From the NCBI RefSeq assembly GCF_022539665.2, contig NC_081331.1:14136001-14200000 (forward strand): a stretch of DNA of 64,000 nucleotides. Reading direction: 5' to 3'. The stretch comes from Daphnia carinata (lineage: Eukaryota). Numbering within the stretch: position 1 is the first letter of the stretch; every line of letters starts with the position of its first letter. Below are positions 25,901 to 35,978 of this stretch, piece by piece. The notes beneath the pieces are model-generated. The model searched no databases, was not told the origin of the DNA, and worked only from the letters and a program-made list of their open reading frames with translations. The position numbers were made by a program, and so were the translations under genes.

Positions 25901-28430
25901 TTTTGAACCTACCGACTATTTTGAATTTGAGGAAACCGACTCTGAATTCGAGATCGATTACCCAACCACCCAAGAACAAATAGCAAACATTCCTGGTTTC
26001 AACCAGAATCCAATAGGTATCAGTGACATGGGCAATGTTATTGTGGTTATGAAACCATCAACTGCTGGGCCGGGACAGCAAACGGCCAGCACTGAGACAA
26101 ATACGCCATCTCAGCAAACGATGATCTCTACCATCCAGACGCCAACTAGGCCACCGATTGAAACCACTGAGAGCCCAATGAGCAATTTCATCATTCCGTC
26201 TTCCAGCACAATTGAGCCTCCATTCATCCCTGTTGTAACTTCATCAACGACAGAGCAAACAGTTACAACGAAACCCACTAGACCATCATCGAGGCCTCCA
26301 ACCACGGATGGAGGGACATCTGTACCTAACGATAATTTGATGATTGGCCAAATAATTCCAGATATCGATTACCCTGTGCAAGAAGAGGTTGCTAACCTTC
26401 CAGGATTTAATCAGAATCCAATAGGAATCAGCAACGATGCTAACGTCATACTAGTTCCCAAACCTACCCAAAAGCCACCTGTCGTTATGAGCTCGTCCAC
26501 CACAACATCGAGCCCGTCTTCTTCCCAGCAGCCGTCCAATTCCGATAATGACATGAATGACTTGATGAACGCAGTCGGGGAGATCGAAGACCAACTCAAT
26601 TTCGGTTGGGAAAACATTGACGTCAATGAGAACACTGTCATCACAAATCATCCCACTACCCTTCCACCTAATATCATTTCAACTACACCGACCAGTACGA
26701 CATTTCCTACAGCTCAAATCGGACTTACATTTGTTCCCACCAATATGCAAATGAATAGCCAGCAATCGGCAACTACTCCGACTCCGATCAGTCCACCTGA
26801 TTCACCAGTGACATCCGGACCGTTGAATAACAACATCTTCCCCACTGGAAGCCCTGTAAGGCCATCAACAACAACGACCACCACTCCAAGGCCCAGTACT
26901 ATCAGTACAACAGGACCCGTGTATTTAGGCCCAGATTTTGGCTATCCAAACGAGCCGCTTTATTTTCCGGAAGAAATATTCAAACCTAAACCAGAAACTC
27001 CTAAGCCTTCGTATGGCGTTCCACCCCTTCCAATGTCGACGCTGAAACCTTCGATTGGAATGCAAGAACCGATCGGAATCAGCAACGAGGAAAACACGAT
27101 GAAACCGGTGGTCAGGCCACCGTTTTTTGTATCGACCACCACAGAGAAGCCGTTCAGTTTCCAGCCGATCAATTTGGCCCAACCGATGGACAAGCCGAGC
27201 GGAATATTTGAAAATCAAATGGGCAATTTCAATGGAAGTTCAATAAGCACAGGAGGAAGTTCAAACGATGGTTCATCGATTGTTGTAATTATTCAACCAC
27301 CTTACCTCGGCCCTTTTTTCCCACAATTTAGCCCAAACAGACCTGTGACAACCACCACCACTTCAACGACTACAACTCCCACCACAACTACTACTCGAAC
27401 AACAACCACAACCCCGACAACTACTACTCGAACAACAACCACAACCCCGACAACTACGACAATACCCACAACAACTCCTATCACAAGCGAACCTTTTGAT
27501 TTGTTTCAGCAACAAATCAAACCCATTTTACCATCTGATTTTCAAATGGGAAATGGCTTCATTCCGCAACGTCCCAATACCCAATTTCCATCGCCTTCAA
27601 CCGGATTCAACATTACCACTTTCTTGGATTCGTTCGCCACTTATTATGGAATCCCTTCATTCTTATTCCCCGGTTATTATCAAATGGGTAATTATTATCA
27701 TTTGTCAACAACAACAACAGAGGCTCCAGCCAGCGATTCAGCTATTCTGAATGTCGTTTCACCATCACCCGTTTCTCCGGGAAACAGCAGCGTGCCTTGC
27801 GCTCAAATCTCCACCTCAACTGCCACAACCGAATCAACAATCCTAGCAGCAATGACGACACCCAGTTCAATCGATGACCAGCCGACGATAAACGAGTTTG
27901 AAATCAATCAGTTAACGGAATCTCCTCAACCAGCAGTTGTACCTTCTCCACCAATGAGACCACCAATAGCTCAGTTCTTCATCCCCGTTTCATCTGGATC
28001 ATCATCGTCTTCATCTTCTTCTTCGTCGTCATCCGATGGTTCAGTTTCTTCGGCTGGCATTATCAGCGGCGTATCTTCATCCGGCAGCTCCATCAGCCTC
28101 ACCGGATTCTTGTTGTTCTTCTTCTTTATCGCATTGCCCATCATCTTTGGCTGTTTGACTCTCTTGGAAATCCCTTACATCGTCAGCGGAGTTCTGATAT
28201 TGGCAGTCGTCCCGCTAACCCTTTTGCTATTCCTCAAAGTCTCGGGCGCCTTTCACGGACGCCATCATCAGAATTGGCACATCGATTGGCGTAGGATCAT
28301 ATCGAAGCCTGACGCTGAGCTGCTTCAACTTGAACAGGACGTTCTCGCCATGCTGGATAGTTATCCTTATCGGGAGATGGAGACAACGACGACTGACCAT
28401 TGGAATCATCTCGACCATTATGCCCGTTAA
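22965..28430 (+). CDS. Cluster gene C: 1821-aa single-ORF signal-peptide, Pro/Thr/Ser-rich repetitive protein with a C-terminal hydrophobic hairpin
   Basis: 5.5-kb uninterrupted ORF. N-terminal signal peptide (RPLAAVFLLCLILDPTSAAALA). Several internal repeat families. Ser-run + SDGSVSSAGII precedes two hydrophobic segments (~28101-28240). Confidence 0.9.
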   Translation: MMLPPVRPLAAVFLLCLILDPTSAAALARIGSIKDKINKDKSNPAFTSTKAPTTLPKGPDTTTRLFLPTLHVLLDDVPGSRELSSPSTQKETFRPTSLPASSRPPLKGFNLILDDPPPLRPNTQAPGMKTTHRFENSILNENEERSTNLADSPQDGIQMTKGPFFTNNPKIEHHHFQNIDHLPDKSDTSTAKNVEPTTTRPFGPTLNLVMDGSQDVSSKDRMKSTTTTRKPLLRPIDSLLLQYQREEEQSNKKNRPQDNLMEWLVMMQQPVTAPVEPVKSFPIEEVKPSVLPVKPLPVETVLTPVQPVKTFALHEMPPIELNRDKQSQRNDEYEYEYEEGYDELPDVDDRTSVKLPNKSVNEVNQSSDWKRIGSPLGMHDPDEDFIGPVVSQLMKPITSPSPLNKKTGTAWPTTSIGTKQPSKPTVTVGIRDWPVQVGLQRPSPPAQVGLPEWPVQVGLQSRPKPTKATVKPGEYQMGNVYATSVTTPSSNGISWQDKRKPTIVGEYQMGNIQGNQILERSNLTSAATRRPSSSSPATRPSNIYKNQHKSPPLTSLPFTVVEKEEVKENENRKKIINSYQIDARVPSYGQSSYYMNNNSPSFGSSGQLNMYQPQKPAAVDMNSYYGYPSSGGYPSSGGYPSSGGYPSSGGYPSSGGYPSSAGYPSSGGYPSSAGYPSSGGYPSSGGYPSSGGYPSSGGYPGGNYKPLKPPPPPNPGDQQFNFDYIDEEATGPIKPFIPGIGLFGDGANVILIPKPTTTVQPPFFSTPSFPTGQFSTERPSVNQMSTSAPFQMENQQQMGGSFGVVTSGPFWPPFISTTKKPFPPGEFTTSRPMNQQQISTFRPSEMENQQQMGGSFGVVTSGPFWPPFISTTEKPSEFSTNRPMNQQISTFRPFEMENQQQMGSNFGVITSGPAWPPVTSTTTPTPFPMEESSTSRPTFRPTRPTRRPTMRPTVRPTRPTRPTTSSTSTSTTTTTMVGPFEPTDYFEFEETDSEFEIDYPTTQEQIANIPGFNQNPIGISDMGNVIVVMKPSTAGPGQQTASTETNTPSQQTMISTIQTPTRPPIETTESPMSNFIIPSSSTIEPPFIPVVTSSTTEQTVTTKPTRPSSRPPTTDGGTSVPNDNLMIGQIIPDIDYPVQEEVANLPGFNQNPIGISNDANVILVPKPTQKPPVVMSSSTTTSSPSSSQQPSNSDNDMNDLMNAVGEIEDQLNFGWENIDVNENTVITNHPTTLPPNIISTTPTSTTFPTAQIGLTFVPTNMQMNSQQSATTPTPISPPDSPVTSGPLNNNIFPTGSPVRPSTTTTTTPRPSTISTTGPVYLGPDFGYPNEPLYFPEEIFKPKPETPKPSYGVPPLPMSTLKPSIGMQEPIGISNEENTMKPVVRPPFFVSTTTEKPFSFQPINLAQPMDKPSGIFENQMGNFNGSSISTGGSSNDGSSIVVIIQPPYLGPFFPQFSPNRPVTTTTTSTTTTPTTTTTRTTTTTPTTTTRTTTTTPTTTTIPTTTPITSEPFDLFQQQIKPILPSDFQMGNGFIPQRPNTQFPSPSTGFNITTFLDSFATYYGIPSFLFPGYYQMGNYYHLSTTTTEAPASDSAILNVVSPSPVSPGNSSVPCAQISTSTATTESTILAAMTTPSSIDDQPTINEFEINQLTESPQPAVVPSPPMRPPIAQFFIPVSSGSSSSSSSSSSSSDGSVSSAGIISGVSSSGSSISLTGFLLFFFFIALPIIFGCLTLLEIPYIVSGVLILAVVPLTLLLFLKVSGAFHGRHHQNWHIDWRRIISKPDAELLQLEQDVLAMLDSYPYREMETTTTDHWNHLDHYAR
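24840..25055 (+). repeat. Coding 18-nt tandem repeat, (GYPSS[G/A]) x12, in gene C
   Basis: Units such as GGATATCCATCAAGTGGG and GGATATCCTTCTAGTGGG; I counted 12 consecutive units followed by GYPGG. Confidence 0.95.
25338..25725 (+). repeat. Three ~150-162-nt coding repeats (MENQQQMG.[SN]FGV[VI]TSGP.WPP) in gene C
   Basis: Units start at 25338, 25500 and 25650; the first two are near-identical at DNA level. Confidence 0.9.
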
Positions 28431-31400
28431 AATTATGAATTCACAGGAGGAAAACAAGTGGGCAGATAAATGTGAGAACTAACACACACTCATTGTGCTG
28501 GGAACTAGTCAGCTTTGAAGTGAAACAACAGAGAAAAAAAAAACCAACATAACAACGTAGTTTACATAAATGGGATGCGTTTTTAGGTGGTTGCATTTTT
28601 GGGGTAAAAAGAAAAAAACCTTGCGTATATTTTTGTTTTTTCGCTTTTGGGTTTGCACGCCTGGGTTGTATTACTAATTTTAGGGGGAGTACCATTAAGT
28701 CACATTTGTATAATATTCCAGCACATTATTTGTTTCATTCGCAAGAAAAAAAAGCACAGTATGTTATCAAATACAACATAAAAATATTCGCACCTTATTG
28801 TACGCATCATAGAGCGTCATAACAGCACCTGAATAATTAGCAAGTGTATCGAGATAATGAATAAGTAGGTTACTGAAGGTTCTCATTCCAGATCTACCGA
28901 CATGTAATTGCTTATTGCAACGATGTACTCTGTAAACTCTCTCGCATCCTGTGTTACATATTCGTATGCTTAAACGATATCGTGTGTGTTTTTATGTTAT
29001 GCAGCAGGAGGACGTGCTGCTTTCCCTCTATAACATTTCAGTCCGCGTCTGTTTCAACTCCATATTTTTCGAGTGTGCGTGGTGTCGTTGAGGCCATTTA
29101 CCTCGAACTATTCCAGAAAACGGCACAACATGTAATGGAAAATGCAATGAACATATTGAAACAATCGAGGCAATAAATGATATAATATCCGAAACTCTCT
29201 CTCAAATTGTTTGAAATCTTGAATTGCAATTTGCCATTTTCCCCTTTTTTAATACTCACTTCCAATACGTTCGCTAAAAAACATAAATGGCGAAAAAGGA
29301 CAATAGAAAAGTGGGAAACAAAGAGCCCCGTCGTGTCACAGATTAATTCGAAACAAAGCGGAACACGCGGAAAAGAGAAACAGGCGGAAAACAACCCATT
29401 ATCTGCTAGCAATACATGTTTATCACAAACAAAAGAATGTTGTCTTAGTGGCACGCAACTGATGGTTAGTTGTTAGGCCTAACCCAACAAAGGTCATTAC
29501 AATCAGCACTTGTTTCAACTTGTTTGCAATTCATTTTCTTTTTTTTTTTAAATTAAAAAATTCTTGTGGCTTTCGTTTCACCATTTCAAATGAGTCGTTA
29601 TTATCCGACCACAGCGTGCACAAACGATTATAATCAAGCCTCCCGTTATTCGAAATCCGTGCTGCGCATCTATATGCGAAGCGTTGTTGAAAGTCGTCCA
29701 AGTTTATGTCTCATTCGGCGATTAATTAACTATAGTTGCATATTATGCATTAGCCTACTAAAACATAGTTGGCGATTTCTTATTTTAAAAATTTCTAGTT
29801 CATGGGGTTAGACCACTTAGCAACAACCACGGCGGTTTAAATAGTAGAATTGCTTACTATCCTGGCCTGATTTTGATCTAAACGCGCAATCGTGATTCGC
29901 ATTCTTTAGAAGCAAAAACCGAGCCATTTCAGATATCCAAACCAAAAAACGAAGTGTGCTGCTGCGTGCAGATTTTCTAAGAGCACCCAACTCTTCATCA
30001 ACCGCAAAAGCCTTTTTCGCTCATATAGATCTTTACCTGCGTCATCACTGCTACAGTGACTCTTTCATATTATTTGCCGTCAACTCACCGTTAGCATTCG
30101 GAACATAATGAACGAACAAAGAATCGAACCAATGACTATTTACATAGAACTTAAGAACACCTGATTGAATGGGAAAGTCTTTTTACTTGGTTACAACCGA
30201 TGCAAGTGGCATACAAAATACTTGGTCGAACCTTTTGAATTGCGCAATTCTGCGTAAACAGCATAGGAAATGCACCACCTCTATCCCGTCTTACACCTTT
30301 CATACATTCAACCGCAAAGTCCGGCAGCTTCCCCACCTCTCTTCGTTTATTTATCGCACATTGCGGTCTATTTAGTCTTTTAAGGCAACAGGCGCACTAC
30401 CTCATAGCTTGACTGCACCGCACCATGCTGGCGTCAAAACTACCAAAGTCTTTCAGGAGTCCGCTGTGTTGCTTTTCTACCTTTATTATTTATTTCCTCC
30501 CCTCTCTACATGTTATTATTTACGCCACTCTGTCGCGTTTTACTTGCATGGCTGATGCGCTTCTATTATACAGGTAGACGACGTGATGCGGCATATCTCG
30601 TTTGCTGTATTTCTTTTCTTCGTTGAACGTCGTTTGTGGTCGTCACGCTCGGCCAGGTTCTTCCTCTTTTGACAAGCAAACAAATCACTTTAGCATTTTT
30701 TTACAAGAAGAACGGAAGCAACAAAAGAAAAATGATTAAAAAGAATGTTGATGACGAAGGCCAAAACTCGGGTTCGCCATGGACATGAAGATAATAAAAA
30801 TGAATAACTAAAATTTTATTGATGATGTAATAGATTTATAGCTGAACAATTTTGCAAGTGGCGATGTTTAGCAATCGTCGCGTTCTACATAAAAATTTCC
30901 TCTTCGTTTTGTGTCAGTGAAACATTCATTGAAATGTTTGTCCATTGGCTACGCGATGGAAAACATGTAAGATGGCGAGTTGCAGACACGCATTGCAATC
31001 GTCTACTCGTATAGCTGGACATGAAACACCTGTGGTTTTTTGGGACTGTTGTTACAAGGGGAAACGGCCGGATGGTGGGGTCAAACACCGACCGGAATGG
31101 TGTCGTCGTTGGCATTATTATTATTTTTTTAAAAAACCATTATCGAGCGATGTGTGAATTAGGCCGTCGTATTAGAATGCTGACCAAACCGACCGCGTCG
31201 TTTCCGATCACTTGCTGCGCCACCACCCACCAAGTGTCCACCCACATCATTCCTCCCCCTTTTTAGTCCAACAAAACACTTTAGCTTCAAATGCTAAATG
31301 AGGTCTTTTGTCTCTCAGAACACGTTTTCTTTTTCTACATTACACGAAATAACACAAACCTTTTTCTTTTTTCCCGCGGGTCATCATCGTTCGTTTCTTC

Positions 31401-32268
31401 TTCCCCCAGAAACTCGTAGTGGGTGTAGTAATCGAAGTAGAGTTTTCTCCTCGCGGGAATGATTATTTGCCGATAGTTAAAAAAAAAAAAATGCGGCGGT
31501 AAAACGAGGAAAAACGATAAAAAGGAAAAGAAGGATATTTTAACGATCTGCTGGACTTGGGGACATGTATCGAATATGAGGTGCAGGATATAGGACGAAG
31601 TATGGGAGAGAGAAATATAGAATAACCATATACACAGCAAAGTATGTAGTTTGAGACCATCGTTCTTTTTTGCCTTGGCTTCAGGTGCTTTACAAAGTGG
31701 ATGAAGGGACACAAGTCTCAGCAACGTCGTCACCGTCACAGCGCGTTTTCCCGCCGTCACGGCTCGACCGTTTTCCCTGTTTTATCTTCATACACAGTCG
31801 ATAGACTTGTAGAGAAACAGAAACTAGCCGTCAGTTATTCCTCAGAGAAGCGGAGCAATAGTGAAACAGCAGGGAGTCTGCGTGAGTACGTCTGTAGCAT
31901 CGAATTTCATCAGTGGAGCTTCAGGCCAGTCGCCGCCGCGTTTCAGTTTTTTGTGGCTGTGTGAAAGAGAGATCGAGATCACGAGCAGAGAAAGCTGATA
32001 GACCTTTTGGTAGAAGTAGAAGGCGGACTTCAGTCACGATGGATCTGTACTGGTGAGAAGACGCACGAGTCTCTTGGCCGTCCATAAGCTCTGTAGCCCA
32101 AGCGCAACTCTAACTGTAACAACCGCTAGTGATCATCGTGCAAAAAAACACATAACTGTTTTTTTTTTGTACACTTGTTGTTTATCATTGTTATTACCAT
32201 TTTTCCTATTTAACATTTGCCAAGTTGATTTTGGGTAATCCCCGTCACATCAAACAGCTAAAAAAATC

Positions 32269-35200
32269 ATGGCCGCTCCTGGTTCGAAAGCCAACGCGAG
32301 ATCCATGCTTGTGTTCTTCTTCTTCTGCTTGGTCATTGCTGGTCACGCATCGGCCAATGAATTCGCGGAACCAACCAACCAAGACGATTCTTACGATGCT
32401 TTGGTTATCCAAGATGAACAAGCGACCGAAGCCGGACGAGAAGATGCTGTAACCGAAGACGAATATTTCGATCAACCGACCATGACCGTCATCGACAACG
32501 ACAAGTTTCTACGACGTTTGGTTCGAGTTCAGACATTTACTCGACCAATTCGAACCAAAACACGTCCCGTCTGGTACAACGGTCAATCGCCAGTTTCATT
32601 CAAATCTTCTTCGACGACTACATCGACAACGACCAAGCCTTCGACCAGCGTGGAACCCATTTCTGAAACGATCCCGACCACCGACATTACCACCACTCCA
32701 TCGACAGCAGAAGACGTTAACAAGACCGCGACCAACACGACACCGATCGACGACAACAACAGCACCACGATCGAATTGAGCCAATCGCAAGAGGAGAGAT
32801 GGTTGATTGAAACCTTGGAAGAAGTGGCACAAACTGTTCAAGGTTCTGAACCATCTTCGGATGACAGCCTCGAACAAACTGTTGCGACCGAAGCGCCAAA
32901 GGTCCAAGAAGAAAAGTTGAACGAACAGCAGAATAGTTTGTCGTATTCGGCCGCCAGTTCGCCGGAACTTATCGTTCACGACAGCGTTACTAGCACCCCA
33001 CTTCCAGCGACCATTTCTTCAGCTCCTGTTTGGATCTACCGGCCGACATCGGCACCCAGCAAAGAACCGGCTAGTGTCCTCAGCCCAGCCAAACGCGGCG
33101 GAACTCAGCCTCCCGCAAACACAAACGGATTGAGCCGATGGGGCGTAACGGTGAAACCAGGTGTGGCCGGTTCGACGACGGTGCGCAGTTTGAAACAGCC
33201 CAACCCAGTCGGGTTAGTCACGGCCTCTAAACCTGTCGCAGACGTTGAACGACTGACGACCACTGCCCATCACAAGACGCCCAGATCGACGTTGGCCAGC
33301 CAAATGTTGAGCAAAACGGCCATCCCGTCTACGCAGCAAACAACAGATTGGTGGGTGACCAAACCCAATTTCCAATACGATAATCTGAGCGTGGAAGACG
33401 CCGATTACGCCCTAAGTGAAAGCAGCCAAACGACGGGCATTTCAGCCGATTTGGCCGAACAAAATGCCGAACTTCCGCCTCCCAAATCACCACCCCATTT
33501 CAATATTTTTTACGCGGACGGGCAAGAAGCTCCGAATAGCATCAAAAATAGGCCTGCCAGTTTTTACCAATCGACGCCTCGTCTACCGCTGTCTGCCAAT
33601 CCTCTGGTTATCAAAGCGCCTTTAGCCACTAGGACGTCAACGGTAAGGCCCAAAACGACAGGTAAACCAACCACAACGACGACAACTAAACGACCATCGA
33701 CGACTAAAAGGGCTGCACCCACAACGACGACAACAACGACGACTCCAAAGCCAAAAACGTCAAGACCAAGGACGCCATCGACGACTACAAACAAACCGAA
33801 ATCAAAACCGACGACCATTTCGACCCGAAAACCGCCCGCCACCATCCCAATCCGGCAGACGAGCAACAGGCCGGACAATGTTCAATTTGTTCGCGTGCCG
33901 TTGCCTAATCTTCGACCCCCATTCCCGGTCGATTCGGGCGTAACGGACGAACCGGGCAATTTCCAAGAATTTGTTCGCACCACAACCGAAACGCCTGAAG
34001 ATCCATTGGAAGTGACGGACGTGTTTGAAATCGATGTCGGTGGCACAGAAATCCGTCCCGTATTTCCGCCCGAATTCGAAGCTGAAGAAGAATTTGGAGC
34101 TACTGGTGATCTCACTGATAACACGGCCGAAACGAACACCAGTACGACTGACAGCGGCAGCACTACATCCAGCGGAAGTGAAACAAACAATAACGGTTTG
34201 ATTGACGAGCAGCAAATTCCTATTAATTTCGTTGTGGTCAACATTTGGAATTACGTCGGAGGTCAATTGACTTTGGTTGGCCAGCAAGTGGTTCCCGCTC
34301 AAGTCTTGGCCGGCATCAACATCACGAATGGAGCTACCATCCAATCATCCAGTTTACCTGAGACCATCTTAAGTCAGCTGACTAACCTTTTGGGATCTAC
34401 CACTCCTTTAACGACATCGACTACTACGACAACAACAACAACTCCGAAACCAACCCTACCTCCTCGTCCTTATGGCGGTGTAGGTAATCCTGCTTTAGTG
34501 GGAGTAGGTCCATCTGTTGTGAAAGGACCAGAATACGGGAAACCCAGTCAAACTTACGGCCCACCAAAAGCCCCATCGACGTCTTACGGCCCTCCACCTA
34601 AAGCTCCGTCTACTTCTTATGGGCCCCCTCCGCCAGCTGAATCTTACGGGCCTCCTCCTCAATCATACGGACCTCCACCACCTTCGTCATACGGACCTCC
34701 GCCAGCTTCATCTTACGTTCCTCCGCCAGCTTCATCCTACGGACCTCCACCAGCTCCATCGTATGGCCCTCCACCGCCATCATCATACGGACCACCTCCA
34801 TCATACGCGCCTCCGCCATCCATTGCGGCCCCTGCCCAATATTACGCACCGCCAACAACGACTGTAGCTCCTTCATACGTACTCCCTGAACAATCGTACC
34901 AACCACCATCTCCTACCCCTTTAGATTTGGAAGCCATCCAGTATCCGACAACGTCTTACGGCCCTCCGCCAACCACAAAAGCTCCGCCTACTTCTTATGG
35001 TCCCCCTGTTATAGCCGCTCCTACCATAAACTACGGACCTCCACCTAAAGCTCCTTCCACATCTTACGGACCCCCACCGAAAGCTCCTTCAACGTCTTAC
35101 GGAGTGCCTTCCGTCCAGATCGGCCAACCCATTCAAACGTCGTACGGTCCACCACCTACACCGAAGCCAATCGATCTTGAATCTTATGCCGAGAAACATC

Positions 35201-35751
35201 ATCACCACCATCACGATTATCATCATCATCAAGCTTCCAACATGGATTATCATCCCGATCATCGTACAACAACAACCACAACAACTACAACAGCTTCTCC
35301 AGTGACAATCTCCGCTTATCACGCGCCGCATCAATTTTCATCGGCTTCATTTTCTCAATTGCAAGTGAAGCCTCCGCTGAATGCACCAAACCCACCCGAG
35401 ATCAATAATCATTTGATCGTCAAAGGAATCGCTAACGCCAATCAAATCAGCAACAACAACAACAACAAGAATACAGCCAAAGGTAATCGTAGGCCGTCCA
35501 ATAAGAAGAAGCAGGGAGTTAAAGCTGTTAGCACGACCTTACGTACTCCGCAAGGCAATTTGAATTTCGTCGACATTAACAACGGAGCTAGTCCAGGTCC
35601 GTTCGTTAAAGGAGGCAATCCATTAGGTGCACTTTTACCTGATTTCATTCTTGAGAGTCTTGGCCATCCGATGTCGTTCTTGCCGCACGAATTTTCACAC
35701 AGATCCGGACATTTCGCCCCCCGTTTCGAGGACTCCCCCCCCGCAAGGTAA
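32269..35751 (+). CDS. Cluster gene D, read-through isoform: 1160-aa secreted mucin- or extensin-like protein with SYGPP repeats and a His-rich patch
   Basis: Signal peptide (SMLVFFFFCLVIAGHASA), Thr-rich tracts, many [ST]YGPPP units (~34550-35160), HHHHHHDYHHH. A 5'UTR acceptor candidate lies at 32224. Confidence 0.85.
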   Translation: MAAPGSKANARSMLVFFFFCLVIAGHASANEFAEPTNQDDSYDALVIQDEQATEAGREDAVTEDEYFDQPTMTVIDNDKFLRRLVRVQTFTRPIRTKTRPVWYNGQSPVSFKSSSTTTSTTTKPSTSVEPISETIPTTDITTTPSTAEDVNKTATNTTPIDDNNSTTIELSQSQEERWLIETLEEVAQTVQGSEPSSDDSLEQTVATEAPKVQEEKLNEQQNSLSYSAASSPELIVHDSVTSTPLPATISSAPVWIYRPTSAPSKEPASVLSPAKRGGTQPPANTNGLSRWGVTVKPGVAGSTTVRSLKQPNPVGLVTASKPVADVERLTTTAHHKTPRSTLASQMLSKTAIPSTQQTTDWWVTKPNFQYDNLSVEDADYALSESSQTTGISADLAEQNAELPPPKSPPHFNIFYADGQEAPNSIKNRPASFYQSTPRLPLSANPLVIKAPLATRTSTVRPKTTGKPTTTTTTKRPSTTKRAAPTTTTTTTTPKPKTSRPRTPSTTTNKPKSKPTTISTRKPPATIPIRQTSNRPDNVQFVRVPLPNLRPPFPVDSGVTDEPGNFQEFVRTTTETPEDPLEVTDVFEIDVGGTEIRPVFPPEFEAEEEFGATGDLTDNTAETNTSTTDSGSTTSSGSETNNNGLIDEQQIPINFVVVNIWNYVGGQLTLVGQQVVPAQVLAGINITNGATIQSSSLPETILSQLTNLLGSTTPLTTSTTTTTTTTPKPTLPPRPYGGVGNPALVGVGPSVVKGPEYGKPSQTYGPPKAPSTSYGPPPKAPSTSYGPPPPAESYGPPPQSYGPPPPSSYGPPPASSYVPPPASSYGPPPAPSYGPPPPSSYGPPPSYAPPPSIAAPAQYYAPPTTTVAPSYVLPEQSYQPPSPTPLDLEAIQYPTTSYGPPPTTKAPPTSYGPPVIAAPTINYGPPPKAPSTSYGPPPKAPSTSYGVPSVQIGQPIQTSYGPPPTPKPIDLESYAEKHHHHHHDYHHHQASNMDYHPDHRTTTTTTTTTASPVTISAYHAPHQFSSASFSQLQVKPPLNAPNPPEINNHLIVKGIANANQISNNNNNKNTAKGNRRPSNKKKQGVKAVSTTLRTPQGNLNFVDINNGASPGPFVKGGNPLGALLPDFILESLGHPMSFLPHEFSHRSGHFAPRFEDSPPAR

Positions 35752-35978
35752 TTCCACCATCTCTGTATTATTAGTAGCTTATTAGGTTAAACGAAGTCCT
35801 CTTTGTTAATGTTCACTGTTTACAAAAGACAAAAAGAACCTACTTTATAAGTTGTTTCAAACTTTCCCCAATCCCAATTGTTTTTGAACTAGACTCTCCG
35901 GCTAATTGGTTGCTGTGAACAAAGCACAATAACAGTCTAACCATTTATATGTTTCCATTTTTCTTTTTTTTTTTTCAG

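Noticed and set aside
28982..32238. Short ORFs between genes C and D
   Set aside because: Low-complexity intergenic or 5'UTR sequence with poly-A/T runs and no coding signature.
35746..35754. Donor-like CAAG|GTAATT at the end of ORF 32269-35751
   Set aside because: It is phase 2; joining it to the acceptors at 35978 or 36681 hits stops quickly, so the phase-1 donor at 35483 explains the downstream exons better.
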